A stretch of DNA of 64,000 bases. It comes from Chrysomallon squamiferum (Eukaryota; Animalia; Mollusca). Both the position numbers and the translations under genes were made by a program. Below the pieces are notes generated by a model. It saw only the letters and a program-made list of their open reading frames with translations, did no database searches and was not told the origin of the DNA. The stretch's first letter is position 1. Every line of letters starts with the position of its first letter. The stretch is taken from NCBI GenBank assembly GCA_012295275.1, contig CM022675.1, positions 7,068,001 through 7,132,000 on the forward strand, written 5' to 3'. Of this stretch, positions 43,554 through 56,880 are shown one piece after another.

Positions 43554-43684
43554 GTGAATGAGGCTGAAAAAGAGAGAAATGAAAGTGAAACTGAACATGA
43601 GAAGATCACACAGATGTTCAAACTAGCTGAAGAAAGAGTCCAGTTTTTGCAGCGAGATCTCAAACGAGCAATAGCAAAATCAAA
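43554..43684 (+). CDS. SH3BP5L: SH3BP5-like exon 5
   Basis: 131 nt, phase 0/2, tttcag/gtgagg. Encodes VNEAEKERNESETEHEKITQMFKLAEERVQFLQRDLKRAIAKS. Confidence 0.95.
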
Positions 43685-44072
43685 GTGAGGAACAAACCAA
43701 ATTCAGTTTTAACTCAGACCTTTGGGTTTGAACTCCAGTTTTTAATGCATGTATCTAAATATTTTATTAGTGAGTTCAGCTTGTGTTTATGTTGTCAAGC
43801 TTTGCCAATTTCTTTGCATACACCAACCAAAAATCCCTGTAATGTTTTTATTAATCTTAAGAATCATAAACTTTGAACTTTTTTTTATTTATTAATGAAA
43901 GCAAGGGAAATAATTTAAATCCAAGGGAGATAACTGATTAGGTTAAAGTTACGTACACTTCAATTCATTTATTAATTTTGGGATAGATTATGTTTATTAC
44001 TATCTTCTTTATTTTTCCTTTTTTTTTTTTAATTTACCCTTTAATTGCAGTTTTATCTTTATTTATTTTTTA

Positions 44073-44104
<32 letters not shown>

Positions 44105-44129
44105 AAAACTTTTTTGGTTTCTATCATAG

Positions 44130-44195
44130 CTTGTCAACACGCAGAAGTCTTCTTCAGCTAAGTAGCATTGCGAATCAGCACTGGTTAGAGTGTTT
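44130..44195 (+). CDS. SH3BP5L: SH3BP5-like alternative cassette exon (22 aa insert)
   Basis: 66 nt, phase 2/2, long T-tract plus catag acceptor and gtaagt donor. Open frame NLSTRRSLLQLSSIANQHWLEC(L) between AIAKS and PYFEMK. Confidence 0.7.
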
Positions 44196-44485
44196 GTAAG
44201 TACATAGTGTCCCAAAGCAAGGGCTTTCTGCTTGTTATTCCAAAACCTCACCCTTCTCGAAAATAGTCTGGTGCACTCTTCTCTTAATAAAATTATTCAG
44301 GGATGGATATCTTGCAATTTAATGCAGAATTCTGTTCTTGGTTATTTCGATTTTTTTTTGGAAATTTATTTGGTTATTAATATAAGTGGAATGAATCTAA
44401 GAAAGGCTTTGGTTTCACATTCAGCTGGCAAAGGAATTTTAGAAAGAAAATTCTTGAATTCAGTCTCATGCACTTTTTCTTTTAT

Positions 44486-44522
<37 letters not shown>

Positions 44523-44526
44523 TTTC

Positions 44527-44584
<58 letters not shown>

Positions 44585-46249
44585 GAAATCTTGGTTGTTT
44601 GGTTTATATCAAATACATTTATGGATCATTATAAAGTTTTGTTTCAATTTCTATTTTATTATTTTAGTTCTAAAATTTTTAATGTTTATTATTATTTTAT
44701 TTTATTATTTTAAAATATTTATTATATATTTTAGTTTTTACATTTTTTTTTCCTCTGTAATAGATTTGGAGGTAAAATACTTTTAATCATAGTATAAGTT
44801 TAATGATTTTTCTCAAAACAAGTTTAATATTAAGAGGAAAAGTTGTTGTTTTTTAAAAAATATTTTGTATGTTATAATATTTAATCCATCCTAATTAAAA
44901 TGTTCAAGTTAAAAGCTGTTTTGTTTTTAAAAATACTTTTTTTTTTTATATATAATTAATTTTTGTTTATTTATATATTTATTTTTATTCATTTTTTATA
45001 TTATTATTTTTTTTTTTTTTTTTTTTTTATCTTTTGGTTTGGATACATCTTTTTTTTTTTTTTATATTGTTTATTTTTTTTTTATTCAGTTTATTTTTTG
45101 TTAAAATCTAATTTTTCCCCATTGTTAAAATAATTTAATACAAGCTTCATAGCTGTTTGACTTTGGGACATTGTGTTGCTTTATGTAGTTTTTGCCATGC
45201 CAGTAGAACTTTTTGTCATAATGTATAAATTAGATTCTATTTTCAACAAGTGTATTTTTATTAAAACTTCTTTCTCTTGTTTATATTTTTGTTGGTGTCA
45301 CACAAAATATATGTAACTGTAATAATCAGTGCATGCTAAATGTCTTTAAAGTACATTTTTCAACATACAAACTTTTTTCTTTTTTTGTCATGTTTATACA
45401 GTAATTATTAAAATGTAAAGTGTCAGACAAATATTAATTCTTCCTTTTTGTTTTCAGAAATTAAAATAATTAATATAAAGTATTTTCATTTTAGATGACA
45501 GATATGTCGTTTCCAAAGAATGTTTCTTAGTAATTTCCACCACCTCCACCCCCATACCCAAAGCCCCCCAAAAGTTTTAAATGTTTTAAAAAGAGAATCA
45601 CAATGTAGAATTTTTCCATTCTTTTTAAAATTTTAATATATCATGTTATTTTTTATAATCTGTTTAAAAATAATTTTTGTTAATTGAGATGACATATATG
45701 AATATATAGTTCAGCTTTAGGTATTACTACTGTATAAATTACATAATATTACAAATATTTTGTTTAAATTAATCTGATATCATAATAATAATATTAACAA
45801 TAATAAGTTTTAAAAATTAATAATTAAACAAATGCATTGTCAAATTACCATCATGTTTATTTTATTATCTTCTCAAGAATGTAGTGTATTTTCAACTGGT
45901 ATGTTTCCACGGTTATTGGAATGCTACTTATTCATCGCATTATTTTCATGCATGTAAAAACTTTCATGTATTTGTTTGTTTATTTCTGTCCCTGTTTTCA
46001 TCTTTTGTTGACATGCATTGGTTAGATCTCTGCATGAAATGACGACTGGTACTTTCTTTATTATTTGTTTTTAATATCTTAACTTTTAAATTATATTTTT
46101 AAATAAATTAAATTAACGTCAGTGTAAAATATTTTTGAAACAATACATCAGTTATTGATTGCATGTTCTGGCATGAAATGGTTGGTTTTGCTCACAGAAC
46201 ATAATTTTTAATGTTTAGTTTATATTTGTGAAATGGGGTAAGGCAAATT

Positions 46250-46283
<34 letters not shown>

Positions 46284-46798
46284 TAAAATATTCTTATCTG
46301 AATGTGTTCCTATTACAACATAGTAGTATAGTTTTGGATAACAAAGACAGTCTTTTTAAATTCTTATATTTTAAATATTTTTATTATTTTTTGCTTTATA
46401 TCATTGAATACTGTTTTGTGCAAGGGATGCTGTTAAATTGTTCTTTTTCTTCTATTCTTTTTTCTTTCTTTTATGCTTTTTTTTATTATAAATATTTTTT
46501 TTGTCATTATAATTTTAAAAATAATGAAACGTTTTTTTTTTTGAAGAAAATATTTTTCATTATACCACTGCCATATATGACTTATGAAGTTATCTCCCTT
46601 GTATTTTATTTTTTAAAGTATTATTCATTGCCAGTATGTCACTGGAAAGATTTTGATGATGTTTTGGATTATTAATATTTTCTGATCTTAGGTATCTGTG
46701 TAACTGTTCAGAACACAGTTTATAAATTTTATTTAGTGATATATATTTTAATTTTTAATTTTTGTTTTTAGATTTATTTTTATTTATTTTATTTTCAG

Positions 46799-46841
46799 AC
46801 CCTACTTTGAAATGAAAATAAAGTTCAATCAGCTTATGGAG
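46799..46841 (+). CDS. SH3BP5L: SH3BP5-like exon 6
   Basis: 43 nt, phase 2/0, tttcag/gtaagc. Encodes (K)PYFEMKIKFNQLME (cf. SRPYFELKAQFSQILE). Confidence 0.94.
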
Positions 46842-47516
46842 GTAAGCAGTAATTGTATCAACTTAAAACAAGGATCATAATGACATTTCATATATTCCCA
46901 GGTTATTGTTATATTTCGTTCTTGATTAAATATGTCTTTGATTTTCCTATCAGATATCTTTAATATATAAAAAAAATTCTTAGTGATTGGTTTATTTTTT
47001 CTTCCTTTGTTTTGTATTGTTTTTTTGGGGGGGTTGTGTGTATGTGTGTGTTTGTATCAAAAAATTTTTGTCATAGAAATTTTTTAATTATATGGCACCA
47101 ATATTTGTTACTAACTATGTATGCCAGTGATTTGAAAAACCTGGAAGAATGAAAAAGAAAATATTTGATTTAATATAAAACCTTAATAATTATAATAATA
47201 AAATTACACAAATATGAAGATCATTTATTAGGACTAAAATCAAGCAAAAACATAAATATTCCCATTTTGCATCAAATCTTAAAAACATGATTTAAAAACT
47301 TTTTGAAACTATATACCAACTAGTATATATCCCTAATGACTTTTGAACTTCACGATTTTAAATTCAGCTGTGATAATGTAACATACATATATACAGAAAA
47401 TAATTCTGAAACATATCTCTATAGAGAAATAATTCTGTAAAATGTCAGTATTGAAAATAATTCTGTAACAGATACTCAACATTAAATTTACACTGATTGT
47501 CCATTGATATTTTTAG

Positions 47517-49379
47517 GATCAGAAGTTAAAAGTGAGTACACTAGAAGAAGATGTGTCCTCGGCTAAAGCTCTGTATTCCCAAGCTCTTCACAGTCTGGAG
47601 GCTATCAGTGACGAGATTCATCGCAAGAGACTGGAGAGAAGGAAAAACCTCCAACTTGGTATCAGAAGTGCAGGAGTAGGAGCTGAGGATCCTGCCCCTC
47701 CACCTCCTTGGGACGGTCGGGTTGATGGCAGTTCGGTCTCACCCAGATACTCATGTAGTGATCCTCTACAGGCAACAGTTTCTTCTAGAGAGAAAAATAT
47801 CCATCGCCAGCATTCGAGATCTGATATTGATGCCTCTGATGCTGATGTGTTTTCTGGTTCAATTTTATATGAATCTCCTGAAAGAGCTAGATCTCAGAGC
47901 TACAGATCTGCCATAGAAACTAGTCAGACCAATTTGCCTGCAGTCAGTCCAGAAGACAGTCTGTGCCTGGCAGACTACGATGAAAACTTTGAAGTGTCGT
48001 GTCTCGAGGATGATTACATGGACCTGCCCAAAACACACTCACCCAGAGGAAGAGTGAACCCTCAGGTTAAGCGGTCAGACAGCCTGGCTTCTGCAGACCG
48101 GAGTATTTCTCTGTCGGTTCAAGAAACCGAGCCATCAAGGTCCCAGACTAAACCAATCACAATAGCAGGACATCTGTCTCATAATAATTTGAAAGGTGAA
48201 GGAGGGAGTGGTTCGCCCTCAACCTCTCTACACAAGTCTCCCAAACTTCAGGGACTGATTCTTCGAGTTGACGCATCGCTGGACCCTCTTCAGAAGTTGC
48301 AGCCACAGCACCAGTACTCTGGTGCTTCTGTGAACAACACCGTCGCAGCTTCTTTGAGGAGCGGACCCAGCACCCCAGTCGCGTCGTCCACGGGAAGAAT
48401 CGTAGCAGTGTCGTCAGAACCGGTGAATAACGATCCCCTCAATGTGTCTGCAGTTCTCGGTTCCAGCTCGCAGGATTCCCCGGCGAAGAAGATAAACCAG
48501 TCGAAGAAAACCCGGGTGAACAGCACCAGAGAGGGTGACACTTCTTCTCTGTCGTCTCCTGCTCACGAGCGAAAGAACCTGAGGATACCATCGTCGTCCG
48601 ACATGTCACAGCTGAGTGTTGAGGACAGCTCAGACACGGAGAGCATAGCCAGCACTGGTCCCATGTTTGACGACGATCAGATTGAGTTTCTGTCCATGGA
48701 CTTCAGCAAACAGGCGAGCAAAGATGATCTTGCTGAAGCCTTCCAGCCCTGGAAGAGACAGTCATGGAACAGAATGAGCCTGCCACCGAGGTTAGGTTAC
48801 CTGGAGGGTTACCTCAACAGAAAGTTGTCTGACACATCAAAACAGTCCGATGAAAATACTCTCGAAAATATATGTGAAAATCTTTCAGAAACAGTCCCCA
48901 GTCGAAATGCAAAGTCATCAGACTTTGTGAATCTGGAGAATTCACAAAATGGTGATTCGGAAGAGAGACATGTAGACTTGGTAGTTAGCAGTGTTAAAGA
49001 TAAAAGTTATTCTCAAGAAATATCATTAGCTTCTGGTGATTGTAACAAAAATAATGACAGAAATAAAGGAGTGATTTCACCTCCTATTTGTCCTGCAGAA
49101 TCAGACTCTATGAATAAAGATTCAGCCTCAGAAAGGTTTCAGAAGAAATCTGAAACAACATCACTTTCAGAAACGGTTGATATGAATCACGTGACAAACA
49201 GTGATGATATTAAATCCCAACCCGAGGAAATCAATGAGAGTATTATAAAAACGAAATCGTTAGAAATGAATCCACCTTGTGCTTTTGAAGGGAAGCCAGA
49301 AGAACCTGTAGATTTAGAAAATAGTTCAGTACACCCCGGCTTAGAAAAACACACGGAGGCAGTAGATAATCAAATATAG
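47517..49379 (+). CDS. SH3BP5L: SH3BP5-like terminal exon: end of the coiled-coil GEF domain plus a long disordered C-terminal tail
   Basis: ttttag acceptor at 47515-47516, then 620 codons and TAG. Begins DQKLKVSTLEEDVSSAKALYSQALHSLEAISDEIHRKR...GIRSAGVGAE (family motifs). Contains the track ORF 47532..49379. Confidence 0.95.
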   Translation, partial: DQKLKVSTLEEDVSSAKALYSQALHSLEAISDEIHRKRLERRKNLQLGIRSAGVGAEDPAPPPPWDGRVDGSSVSPRYSCSDPLQATVSSREKNIHRQHSRSDIDASDADVFSGSILYESPERARSQSYRSAIETSQTNLPAVSPEDSLCLADYDENFEVSCLEDDYMDLPKTHSPRGRVNPQVKRSDSLASADRSISLSVQETEPSRSQTKPITIAGHLSHNNLKGEGGSGSPSTSLHKSPKLQGLILRVDASLDPLQKLQPQHQYSGASVNNTVAASLRSGPSTPVASSTGRIVAVSSEPVNNDPLNVSAVLGSSSQDSPAKKINQSKKTRVNSTREGDTSSLSSPAHERKNLRIPSSSDMSQLSVEDSSDTESIASTGPMFDDDQIEFLSMDFSKQASKDDLAEAFQPWKRQSWNRMSLPPRLGYLEGYLNRKLSDTSKQSDENTLENICENLSETVPSRNAKSSDFVNLENSQNGDSEERHVDLVVSSVKDKSYSQEISLASGDCNKNNDRNKGVISPPICPAESDSMNKDSASERFQKKSETTSLSETVDMNHVTNSDDIKSQPEEINESIIKTKSLEMNPPCAFEGKPEEPVDLENSSVHPGLEKHTEAVDNQI

Positions 49380-50116
49380 TTCATCATTCTTACAGCCTAA
49401 ATTAACACAAATACTTACCTTAGTAATATTTTTTATTTTATCTCTGTGTCAAATCTTTTTTTTTATTAAAAGGTATAAAGGATAGCGCTGACGATACCTT
49501 TTTGAAAAAAAAAGAAAAGAAAAAAAAAACCAGAAGTTTTTACATTATACTACGCAAAGAATTAGAATTACAACATTTAGTGATATCATACACATTTGCC
49601 ATAAACAGTTTTAGATATTTAATGCTTTGGACATATGTAATTATTTCCATTGCATTTGTGGTCATAATTACAGTATTTTTAATTAGTTGTACACGTTGTT
49701 AATTCATCAGTGACTAACTGCATAATCTGTTTTGTTTACTAATGTATTCATGTATCACACACTCACCTCAGTTGTTATTAGCATATTTAATTGACAATTA
49801 ATGCTCATCATAACTGGCTTAATGAAAAAAAAAATAACATATTTATTTATTTATTTATTTAAAATTATTTTTATAGGTTGTGAATTTTGTTCAGCTAAAA
49901 TTCACATCAAAAACATTTAATTGAGATTAACATTTTCAATTTAAAATATCTAGCTTAATCATTATTTATTTATTTATTTATCTCTTTTTTTTTTCTATTT
50001 TCTTTTTTGTTACAAATTTGATTATCTAAGACTTCAAATAACAAATAGTTCATTGATATTAACATGATAAATTATGAATTTTAAGAATAATAATAGCATA
50101 AATTTTACTTCTTTTG

Positions 50117-50157
<41 letters not shown>

Positions 50158-51634
50158 AGAGTTTTGGTAAACAGATTTTGCCAGTTAAAGATTTCTTTAG
50201 AAATTTGTTTGCATGACTACAAATAACTTCATAAAACTAAATTTTTAAAACAGAAATAGTGTATTTAGGTTGTTTTTAGATAAAAACAAAAATTGGATTC
50301 ATTTAAAATTCTATTCAGATGCACAAATTGTTTAATGTATCTGATTGTTGTAGTATCTTGACATCATTCAAAGTAATTTAGCATCTGTAGGGCTAATGCA
50401 TCAAAAGTGCTAATATTGATTAATAATAATAAAATGAAGATTTTTTTTTTTTTTATCACCAGAGTCGATTAAAATTTTTAATGTATGACCAAGAATCAGA
50501 ATGGTCTAAAGCTAACAAAAAAAAAAAAAAAAAAAAAATCATGAATTGGATCAAATAGAATGTGTGGTAAATAAAGGTGGAATGAAATCGAATGTTTAAT
50601 AATTTATAGGTCATAAACAAGGCTATAAAATTTACATTAGTTTTTACTCAAAACAAAACAAAAAATAAATAAATAAATAATAATAATAATAATTTAAAAA
50701 TAAAAAAGGGATTTCTTTAAAAAATTATAAGGATGGATTCATTTTGAAAGATGTTTGGTAGGAAATAGTCGGGGTTTTTTTTTCTTCTTTTTTTAAGTTA
50801 AAATTGGAGTATTAATTTCTGTTCATTGGTTGTTAAAATGTAATCTGTTTACAGCAGAAATGTGTTTAGATTAATCTTATTGTTAATGCAGTTTTGGTTT
50901 CTGGCTAATAGTACAGTATAATAATACACTGAGAGATTTTTTCACTTGACAAACCCCTCCCATTTAATACAGTACAGAAAGATTTCTGCATTGCAGACTA
51001 ATATGGGTCTCTTCTTAAGTTCCATACATTTCAAATCTATTGTGATAAAAAAAAAAATGTCTGATGAATTTAAATACAATAAGGAAAAAGGAAAGGTGCT
51101 GTTTTTAATGAACATTTTCACCATTTCAGAAACTCCAGGATTGAAAATGGTTGTGGAAATGAGAAAGTTTTGAAAAAAGTTTTTAAATTTTCATTTTCTT
51201 TTTTTTTTTTTTTTCTGTTTTCACACTTTACATTCGTTTTATGTTTTGTTTTTTTTGTTTTTTTCATTGTTTACATTGTATTATACATTTTCATGTTTTG
51301 AATTTTTATTATTTGTATAAAAAGAAGATAGAGCAGATAAATGGCATATTTTGAAGTTTAAAATGTTTTGGTCTTTTTAGATCAGCAAAAAAAAAAAAAT
51401 AGTATAATAAATACTTTTTTATTTCCTCAAATCCTCATTTGTACATGATTTATTAACATTTTTGGTCTTTTTTTTTTCTTCTTTTTTTTACATTCAGTTT
51501 TCTATTTACAAGACAAAGATTTTGAAGAAGAATCATATATGTTAGCCATGACTATAATTTATTTTATAGTTAACAGGTTGTGCTTTGTTTTTCAGGGAAG
51601 AGTTATGGTTCTTTGAATCTCAGTCCTTTCTTGA

Positions 51635-51691
51635 GGGGTCATCCATAAAGACATATATTTTTGGATTTTTATAATAATAATAATAATAATA

Positions 51692-51725
<34 letters not shown>

Positions 51726-52337
51726 TTTTTTTTCCATCAAAGTAACAATTTAACATAAATTTGTCTAAATGTTTAAAACTACAAGTTTATTTAGATATTT
51801 TACAGGTGTATTTTGACCTGGCTTTGAAGCTGTAGATTACTGGTGCCTATATGCAAATGCACTCTATACAAACAATTTATAAAATGAAACTGCTAATCTC
51901 ACTTTAGTGCAGAATAAACAAAGTTTGAGCACATACCTTTCAGAAAGCTATGGGCAACACTGGTATAAATAAACTGAAGAATATGAATGGTACTGAAAAT
52001 ATATTGTTAATAATGTTATTTATATTTAGAGTTTTGTTTTGATAAAGTATATATATATATATATATTTATATATATTTATGCACATACATACACTTGACA
52101 TTTTAAAATTTTAATCAAATATCTGAGGAAAAACCATAAATTTATATTAAGAATCAATATTTTTTAATATTTTTTTTCTATATAAATTGAACATCTCAGT
52201 ATAAGAATAGATCTGCTCTTATTAGTATTAAATGTCAAAAAACTTTTTTTTTTGGAACACTTAAGCATAATTATTCTGTATAATATAACCCAACCACCCC
52301 CATTCCTTCTGGGAGTGTGTCCTTTATGGATGACTCC
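51635..52337. mobile_element. non-autonomous DNA transposon (MITE), PIF/Harbinger-like
   Basis: Terminal inverted repeats ggggtcatccataaag (51635-51650) and ctttatggatgactcc (52322-52337), matching at 15/16, flanked on both sides by a 3-bp TGA duplication. No coding capacity. Confidence 0.7.
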
Positions 52338-54883
52338 TGAAACTTGAATTGCTTCTGGGATCTTTTGATTTCATCTAATTTAATGTTTTTTTTTTTTTTT
52401 AGGTTTTTCTTGTTTTTTATTTTTTTTCCGAGATTAATTTGACGTGTAAATGTAAATATTGCCTATGTGATAATACAAATTTCATTATTTTACTCAAAAG
52501 ATAGAAGAACTGCCATAATTTTCTTTTTGACAGTTCTGACAGAGAATTTTAAACTTACAATTTCACAGATCTTTTTAAGTGTATTATATTCATTAAAACA
52601 TATATATATATATATATATATATGTATATGTATATTATGACCTCTGGCAACGAAAGGTACTATAAAGTAGAGGTTTTGATGATATTTTAATTTTTCTTTT
52701 TTCTTTTTTAATAATAATAATAAAAAGTAACTTTTGAAAAGATAGACTTCTTTCTTTTCTGTTATAATCCAAAATGATGTTACTTAATTTTAATGTTGTC
52801 AATGGGAGTGCAAGTTGATTTTTAAGACACTTCTTTCAGTATATTCCGGCATTTAGCAAATCTGTGTAAGGAATAAAGCTTGAGAAAGCTAGCAGATGAT
52901 TTAAAAAATATTACAGGATCTGATGATTTGAGAATTTATAAATAATTCAAATTAACTGAATTGCCTCTTGTTATCTTTCTCAACAGTTTAATGTACTTTT
53001 TACAGAAATTGGTCATGCATAAAAAAAACCTTTCAAGATAATTTAACTTTTAGTAATACATTACCAGAATTAATCAGTCTCAATGAATCAATATAATAAT
53101 GACTCGTTCTAAAACATTGTGAATTTCAAGAAAAACCTTATATAAAGACCAATATTTTACCAATAGCTGTGGATAACATTAACTGTTTTATATAGACATT
53201 TTTAATCAGTTCGGTTTCCATTTGGGAAAACTGAAAGTTTTATAATTTATTATCATCACAATCATCATTATCATCATTTATTTATTTATTATTGTTATAA
53301 CTTTTTTTTTTTTTTGAATTATGCTAATGATTGAACTAAATACTAAAACTTTAAAAAAAAAAAAAAACGGTGATGCAATTTATAAGAATTGTGTAAATGT
53401 ATTACATTTTTTTATTGTTGTTTTTTGTTTGTTAAATATTTTGACATTATTAACAGTTAACTTTAATATTAAAAAATGATAAACAAAAGAAACACACACA
53501 CACACATGTTAACACACAGGGCTTTGAAATTATACCAATGGCTGCAGTTATTGGTAACTTGACTGTCCAGTTTTCATTCCAAAGATAATTAACATAATAT
53601 TGTGTAACAGAAAAAAATATGATCTTCCTGCTTGAAAATAATTTAAAAGCCCTAAACATACATAAACATGCACACTTGCATACATCTTCATACATTCAAA
53701 TACACACACATACATAAACAAATTTTTAACAACCAAAACACAATAATAATATCTAAACAACACAGATGTATTTCATTGGTTTCTTTGTAACATAACTTCC
53801 CAGATTTAAAAAACCCACCCTAAAAAACCAAAAGTATTCATTAAGTTTTATCAAATTTGTAAGTTCCTGTGGTTTTTTATTTATTATATTTATTTAACTG
53901 GTGATATGTACAAAAATGGCAGTAACAATACACACACACTAAATTAAATATTTAAATAGTGTTTACCTAAATTTTATTAGTTACATTTTTGCATGCTTTT
54001 TCACATTAACATAGAAAAGTTATTCAATTGTCTTCTAGGAATTTTTGTATTGACGAGTTATCATTTTTCACATTGAAATAAATACCATGTTATGTCCTAA
54101 TGTTGAATTTGTTATTATTTATATTATTTAGAAATGGAAATAAATTTTAGTTATTTTATGTTTATATAACTGCAGAATTACAGAAGTATCAACTGTTTGT
54201 ATCCTACAGTAAATACAAGCTAGGACATGAAAATCCAAACCACAGCCTTTGATGAACTATATTTAATTGATGGTGCAACAGGACAGTTAATCATGCAAAC
54301 AAATATGACTACAGAACAATTTTATTTCAATTTCATTAACCACTGGCTTCACGCAGATTAGTTTTGTTGATTTAAATGGTACTCTAATGAATCAAAAGAT
54401 TGAAACTGTTATTAGTAGAAACTGTTACCAAATCTGAAGATTAAATAAACAGCATTCTGTTTTGTCTGCTGTAGAAAAGTACAACCATAGATGGACGCCG
54501 AATTTCAGATAACTGAGTAATATTGTTGTAGTATTGGTTTTGGTGCAGATAAGCAACAATCTTGCATTGTGCAGAAATAATCTTGTTATTAATGACAGAG
54601 ACATAATGTAATATATACATATATATATATATATACATGATTAAAATATAAATATTAAATTTAATATATATTGCAAGTTTTTTTAGCTATATGTTTAGGT
54701 TAATTGTTTAATCCAATGGTTCTCTAACTTTTTGGTTCTCAAAAAATTGCAGGCACACTACATACAAAATGCTAAGAAATATAATGAAAAAAATGCCCCA
54801 AAAATACAGAAATAACTGACAAGCTCTTCATCATTTCATGTATAAAAAGTTCTCATCTAGAATCTGTACTGTTTGTTTTTCTT

Positions 54884-55470
54884 CTGTGAGAGATGTTCAC
54901 TGACATATCTAGAGTATCCACCCTTGTGTGAGAGATGTTCACTGATATATTTAGAGTTACTGCCCTTGTGTGAGAGATGTTCACTGACATATTTAGAGTT
55001 ACCACCTTTGTGTGAGAGATGTTCACTACTATATTTAGAGTTACTGCCCTTGTGTGAGAGATGTTCACTGGTATATTTAGAGTTACAGCCCTTGTGTGAG
55101 AGATGTTCACTGGTATATTTAGAGTTACTGCCCTTGTGTGAGAGATGTTCAGTACTATATTTAGAGTTACTGCCCTTGTGTGAGAGATGTTCACTGGTAT
55201 ATTTAGAGTTACAGCCCTTGTGTGAGAGATGTTCACTACTATATTTTGAGTTACTGCCCTTGCGTGAGAGATGTTCAGATATATTTAGTTACTGCCCTTG
55301 TGTGAGAGATGTTCACTGTTATATTTAGAGTTACCGCTCTTGCGTGAGAGATGTTCACCGATATATTTAGTTACCGCCCTATTGTGAGAGATGTTCACTG
55401 ATATATTTAGAGTTACCCCCTTGTCTGAGAGATGTTCACTGATATATTTAGTTTCCGCCTTTGTGTGAGA
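54884..55470. repeat. 42-bp minisatellite, about 14-15 copies
   Basis: The unit tgtgagagatgttcactgatatatttagagttactgcccttg has 42-bp period from 54885, with shorter 38-40 bp units at the 3' end. It produces the spurious 14-aa-repeat ORFs on both strands. Confidence 0.95.
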
Positions 55471-56830
55471 GATGATATATTTTGAGTTAACAAAGGTGCA
55501 TCAATACCCATACCAAGACGATACTTTAAATTAAAGTTTAATTATTATGAATATATTATTCCTGCATAAAATTTACAATCGGGATAACCAGATAAACATG
55601 GAAAACATATTTCCTTTTTAGCTTCTTAGTCCCGAAAAACGTTGCAACGAACTTGCGCACTTGTTTCAAAAGTTGTTCGACTGAATTTCCGAATGAGGAT
55701 TAATAATAATAATGTTTAGAAAAAGTAACTATTTGCCAAGATATTTTACTTCATTTTACATATATATTTTTGTTCACTATAAACCCCGCCCCCCCCAAAA
55801 AAAAAAAAACCCCATAAATAATTAGTTATTTAAACTGAATATTTAGTTGGAGGAATTAGAGGAATGTTGTATAGGAAGGAAAAAGGTACAGGAAATAACT
55901 CTTACAACTGGCGTTTTTCTATTTAAATTTTTGCTCTTTCTCTTAAAGTGTGATAATAATAATAATAATAATAATGCAAACATTGAAGAAAGGGAAAACA
56001 CTAAAACTAATACTTCTTAATACACCAATTTCTAAAATTAAGTTTGTCTTTTGGTTTAATTTTTATTTGCGATTTCAATTTCATTATTGAATCCAGAATT
56101 TAAGTTTAACGTCATTACAGATCCGAACTTTGCAGACCAAGAAATATGAACTGATTACATATTTTATTTCACAAAATGGGGTGAGCTGTATGCCCTCAAA
56201 CTAAAAATTATGGCTACCTCTGAAAGTCAAGAGGATGCTGTATAAGAAGTATTTACTCGTCTTGTACTTAATTTAGTAAGTAATATTATAACAAAATTGG
56301 ATATTTTTCGAACTTAACAATATCACATTTTTGAAATTAATATTAGTTACAGTTGCCGCGATACTGAAACTATTAATAAAATATATGTTCTGATTATAAT
56401 ATTATTATTTTAAAACAAAATATTTTTTTAAATTGTTATTTTGGATCTTCTAAATTTAATAATATAACGTTTTAGTATTCCGCACAATTAGTGGTGACGT
56501 TTTTAGCAGTATGTCTGCTGCAAATGAATTTAAAAAAAAAAAAAAAATGGAAGAATGCAATTCCTTGTTAATAATTATTGTAAAATTATATGTTCAGAAA
56601 ATATGTATTTTTTAGAAACAGATCAATGAATCTAAAAAAAGAAAAAGAAAAACGAATATATTTTGTATCCCCCTTGATAATAGAAAAATAGATACAAATA
56701 TGTGAATATTAAATATTGTGTTATTCAGGTCAAAAACTATAATTTTTATTGTTTTTTTAAACATTTCATTGATGGTTTATTTTTAAGATGATTACCCTAA
56801 TTTATAATTAATTTTTCCTTTTTGTAGACA

Positions 56831-56880
<50 letters not shown>

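Noticed and set aside
45878-46048. Further possible SH3BP5L microexons (45878-45898 and 46026-46048) with AG/GT ends
   Set aside because: The first gives an immediate in-frame TAG and the second is 23 nt (frameshifting). They could be poison exons, but this is unsupported without transcript data.
47722-48541. ORFs 47722..47916 (+) and 48290..48541 (-)
   Set aside because: Alternative-frame and antisense shadows of the SH3BP5L terminal exon.
54853-55470. Regular repeat resembling a CRISPR array, or a 14-aa-repeat protein (ORFs 54853..55236 - and 54873..55328 +)
   Set aside because: The units are contiguous with no unique spacers, there are no cas genes, and the context is eukaryotic. The ORFs exist only because the unit is 42 bp, and they frameshift in later copies.
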